This document shows, one piece after another, positions 62,362 through 64,000 of a stretch of DNA of 64,000 nucleotides (its first letter is position 1; every line of letters begins with the position of its first letter). Origin of the DNA: a virus; UHGV virus genome UHGV-0348865; one strand, 5' to 3'. A program made the translations under genes and the position numbers. The notes below the pieces were generated by a model. That model was not told the origin of the DNA. It did not search any database and saw nothing but the letters and a program-made list of their open reading frames with translations.

Positions 62362-63723
62362 ATGATTGTTATCCCGATTAACCAAATTGAAGATAAGGTT
62401 GCTCAACAACCTGATATCGCTGTTGGTCGTCACTTCATTGAACAGTTGATTAACAACAACTTGATTCCAGACGGTATCTGTCCCATCATTACTGGGGGGG
62501 CTGTTCGTGATGCTATCCTTAACAATATAGCCCCACATGACATTGATATCTTTATTGTCAGAGGACAAACACCAAGAACTCAAAACACTTTCATCCCAAC
62601 TGATCATTGGCAAGAGCTTGGACGGGAGATTGAAAGCAATGTGAAGGAATGGCTAGAGTCACAAGATATTGAATATGCATCACTTCTTGCTGAAGCTACA
62701 AACGAATCCTATGCTGGGGGTTCTCAATTAACATTCACTGATATTATTGAGTTTCAGTGGAATGGGGTTCGTATCCAATTCATGTTTAATTATCCTACTT
62801 CTATCGAAGAGGTATTGGATAATTTTCCTATGATGTGCCGTGGTGCGATGACTCTTGACAACTTATTCATGACTTCTCACGGATACTTGGCTATGACTGC
62901 CCCTTGTCCAGTGGTTGTTTCTAGTCGTGAAATCAGGTATGTTCACAAGAAGTGGCCTAACTCTCAGGTATTGAGGTTTTCCTCTCCAGCAGTTGCACAT
63001 CAATACATGGCCCAAACTCGATATCTTCCTACACCTCAACCAGTTAATCATCTGGTCAACGAACAAGGTCAGGTTGCTCTTCTTGAGGATACAACAAGTG
63101 CTCAATATTGTGTTAACCGTGACATGAGTCGATTCTTTGGAATCCCCTATGAAGAGATTCAGCTAATGTCAAGCACACATGGCTCTAGCCAGATTTATGC
63201 GTATTGGTCTGAAGGGTTGACAAATTTAACGACTAACACGGGCGGTGATCTGCTTGGTCGAGAAGATGAACCTAACCGACACAATGCAATTGAAGGGGTG
63301 TTTGTAGCCCCTGCAATGCGTCGAGCACAAGAGTCACGAAGAGTAAGTCCTACTCGTAGAACATCTTTTGAAGAGGCTCTTGGTGTTACTGGCGATTCAT
63401 TTGAGCGGTGGTTGTCTAGACGTTCTAATGGTCGACCAAACGGCTTAAACGTTAGTGCACGTCAGTTCTCTGGTCAGGGTTTTGCTGTTGGTGATATCAA
63501 CGCACCTGTTAGGGCTGTGTGGGCTGATGAAGGTGTGACCCTAGATGTGGTAGGTAGTCTTGATATTCCTTCTCATGGGGAACTTGCTGAGACTGTCAAC
63601 CGCAGCCTCGCTGATCGGTTTATTGCTAACAACCCTGAAGTATTAGAACCTCAAACCCGTACAGTTCGGTTTGCCGATGAAGCGGGTCGTGGAATCTCTT
63701 TTGATATGGAAACAAATAACTAA
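62362..63723 (+). CDS. Pol-beta-superfamily nucleotidyltransferase (CCA-adding enzyme / poly(A) polymerase head-domain-like)
   Basis: Motif ITGGAVRDAILNNIAPHDIDIF matches the GGxVRD...DxD signature; start at the ATG right after the exonuclease stop. Confidence 0.55.
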   Translation: MIVIPINQIEDKVAQQPDIAVGRHFIEQLINNNLIPDGICPIITGGAVRDAILNNIAPHDIDIFIVRGQTPRTQNTFIPTDHWQELGREIESNVKEWLESQDIEYASLLAEATNESYAGGSQLTFTDIIEFQWNGVRIQFMFNYPTSIEEVLDNFPMMCRGAMTLDNLFMTSHGYLAMTAPCPVVVSSREIRYVHKKWPNSQVLRFSSPAVAHQYMAQTRYLPTPQPVNHLVNEQGQVALLEDTTSAQYCVNRDMSRFFGIPYEEIQLMSSTHGSSQIYAYWSEGLTNLTTNTGGDLLGREDEPNRHNAIEGVFVAPAMRRAQESRRVSPTRRTSFEEALGVTGDSFERWLSRRSNGRPNGLNVSARQFSGQGFAVGDINAPVRAVWADEGVTLDVVGSLDIPSHGELAETVNRSLADRFIANNPEVLEPQTRTVRFADEAGRGISFDMETNN

Positions 63724-63732
63724 GGAATAAGA

Positions 63733-64000
63733 ATGAGTTTACTAGGAAGTGTTGAACTGCATGATGTAATTGACAATGGCTATCTGGATGCGGAGCATAA
63801 GTATGTTAACGCTGCTAGTGTGGATATCCGTATTGGTGATACTATCCTTGTTGAAGAACAGGCTGATGGCATCGTTGATATTGATGCGAAAGAGAATCTT
63901 CAGTGGAAGGAAGTAAAGATTCCTGAAGATGGTTTGGTTATCATCCCGGGTCAGTTCTTCTTGGCTCACTCTATGGAGGAGTTTAACCTTCCAGATAACA
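63733..64000 (+). CDS. dCTP deaminase/dUTPase-fold protein, 5' portion (runs off the window)
   Basis: AAGGAATAAGA RBS; N-terminal region with SVDIRIGDTI and IIPGQFFLAHSMEEFNLPDN resembles bacterial dCTP deaminase. Confidence 0.55.
   Translation, partial: MSLLGSVELHDVIDNGYLDAEHKYVNAASVDIRIGDTILVEEQADGIVDIDAKENLQWKEVKIPEDGLVIIPGQFFLAHSMEEFNLPDN

Noticed and set aside
61803-63723. Split family-A DNA polymerase (exonuclease domain plus polymerase domain in two ORFs)
   Set aside because: The downstream ORF shows a GGxVRD...DxD nucleotidyltransferase motif and none of the Pol-A motifs; the polymerase is presumably outside the window.

Overview
The window reads as most of a virulent tailed dsDNA phage genome (podovirus-like, probably infecting an enterobacterial-type Gram-negative host, judging by sigma70-like promoters and Shine-Dalgarno usage). 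All calls rest on motif recognition by eye; no searches or folding were run. Layout: (i) 1-3702, plus strand, tail end of a replication/nucleotide module (P-loop kinase, 5'-3' exonuclease/FEN, HNH endonuclease); (ii) 3776-34357, minus strand, one long late operon (small and large terminase, portal, scaffold, major capsid protein, Ig-like decoration, two tail fibres with C-terminal S74 chaperone domains, lysozyme, Big_2 tail protein, SLT transglycosylase, two Q/N-rich proteins, 549-aa and 1473-aa internal virion proteins); (iii) 34360-35460, a roughly 1 kb non-coding region with iteron-like repeats, CCCCGT/GGTCTGTT repeats and an AT-rich tract, a candidate genome terminus/pac/origin; (iv) 35470-59992, plus strand, early genes including a 1.6 kb non-coding leader with three tandem strong sigma70-like promoters, at least nine copies of a small paralogous protein family, HTH regulators, secreted and lipoprotein ORFs, tRNA-like elements, and a cluster of GS-like amidoligases, a class-II glutamine amidotransferase, an ATP-grasp ligase and a GGCT-like protein; (v) 60019-64000, primase-helicase, stand-alone 3'-5' exonuclease, a CCA/poly(A)-polymerase-like nucleotidyltransferase and the start of a dCTP-deaminase-like gene. 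The strongest leads are the amidoligase/GATase/ATP-grasp/GGCT cluster (the amidotransferase has no canonical start codon), a lambda-type GGGAAAG -1 frameshift site that would fuse the capsid protein to the downstream Ig-like ORF, the expanded small-protein family, and the repeat-rich non-coding regions. Coordinates of promoters, terminators and RNA-like elements are approximate (about +/-3 nt).
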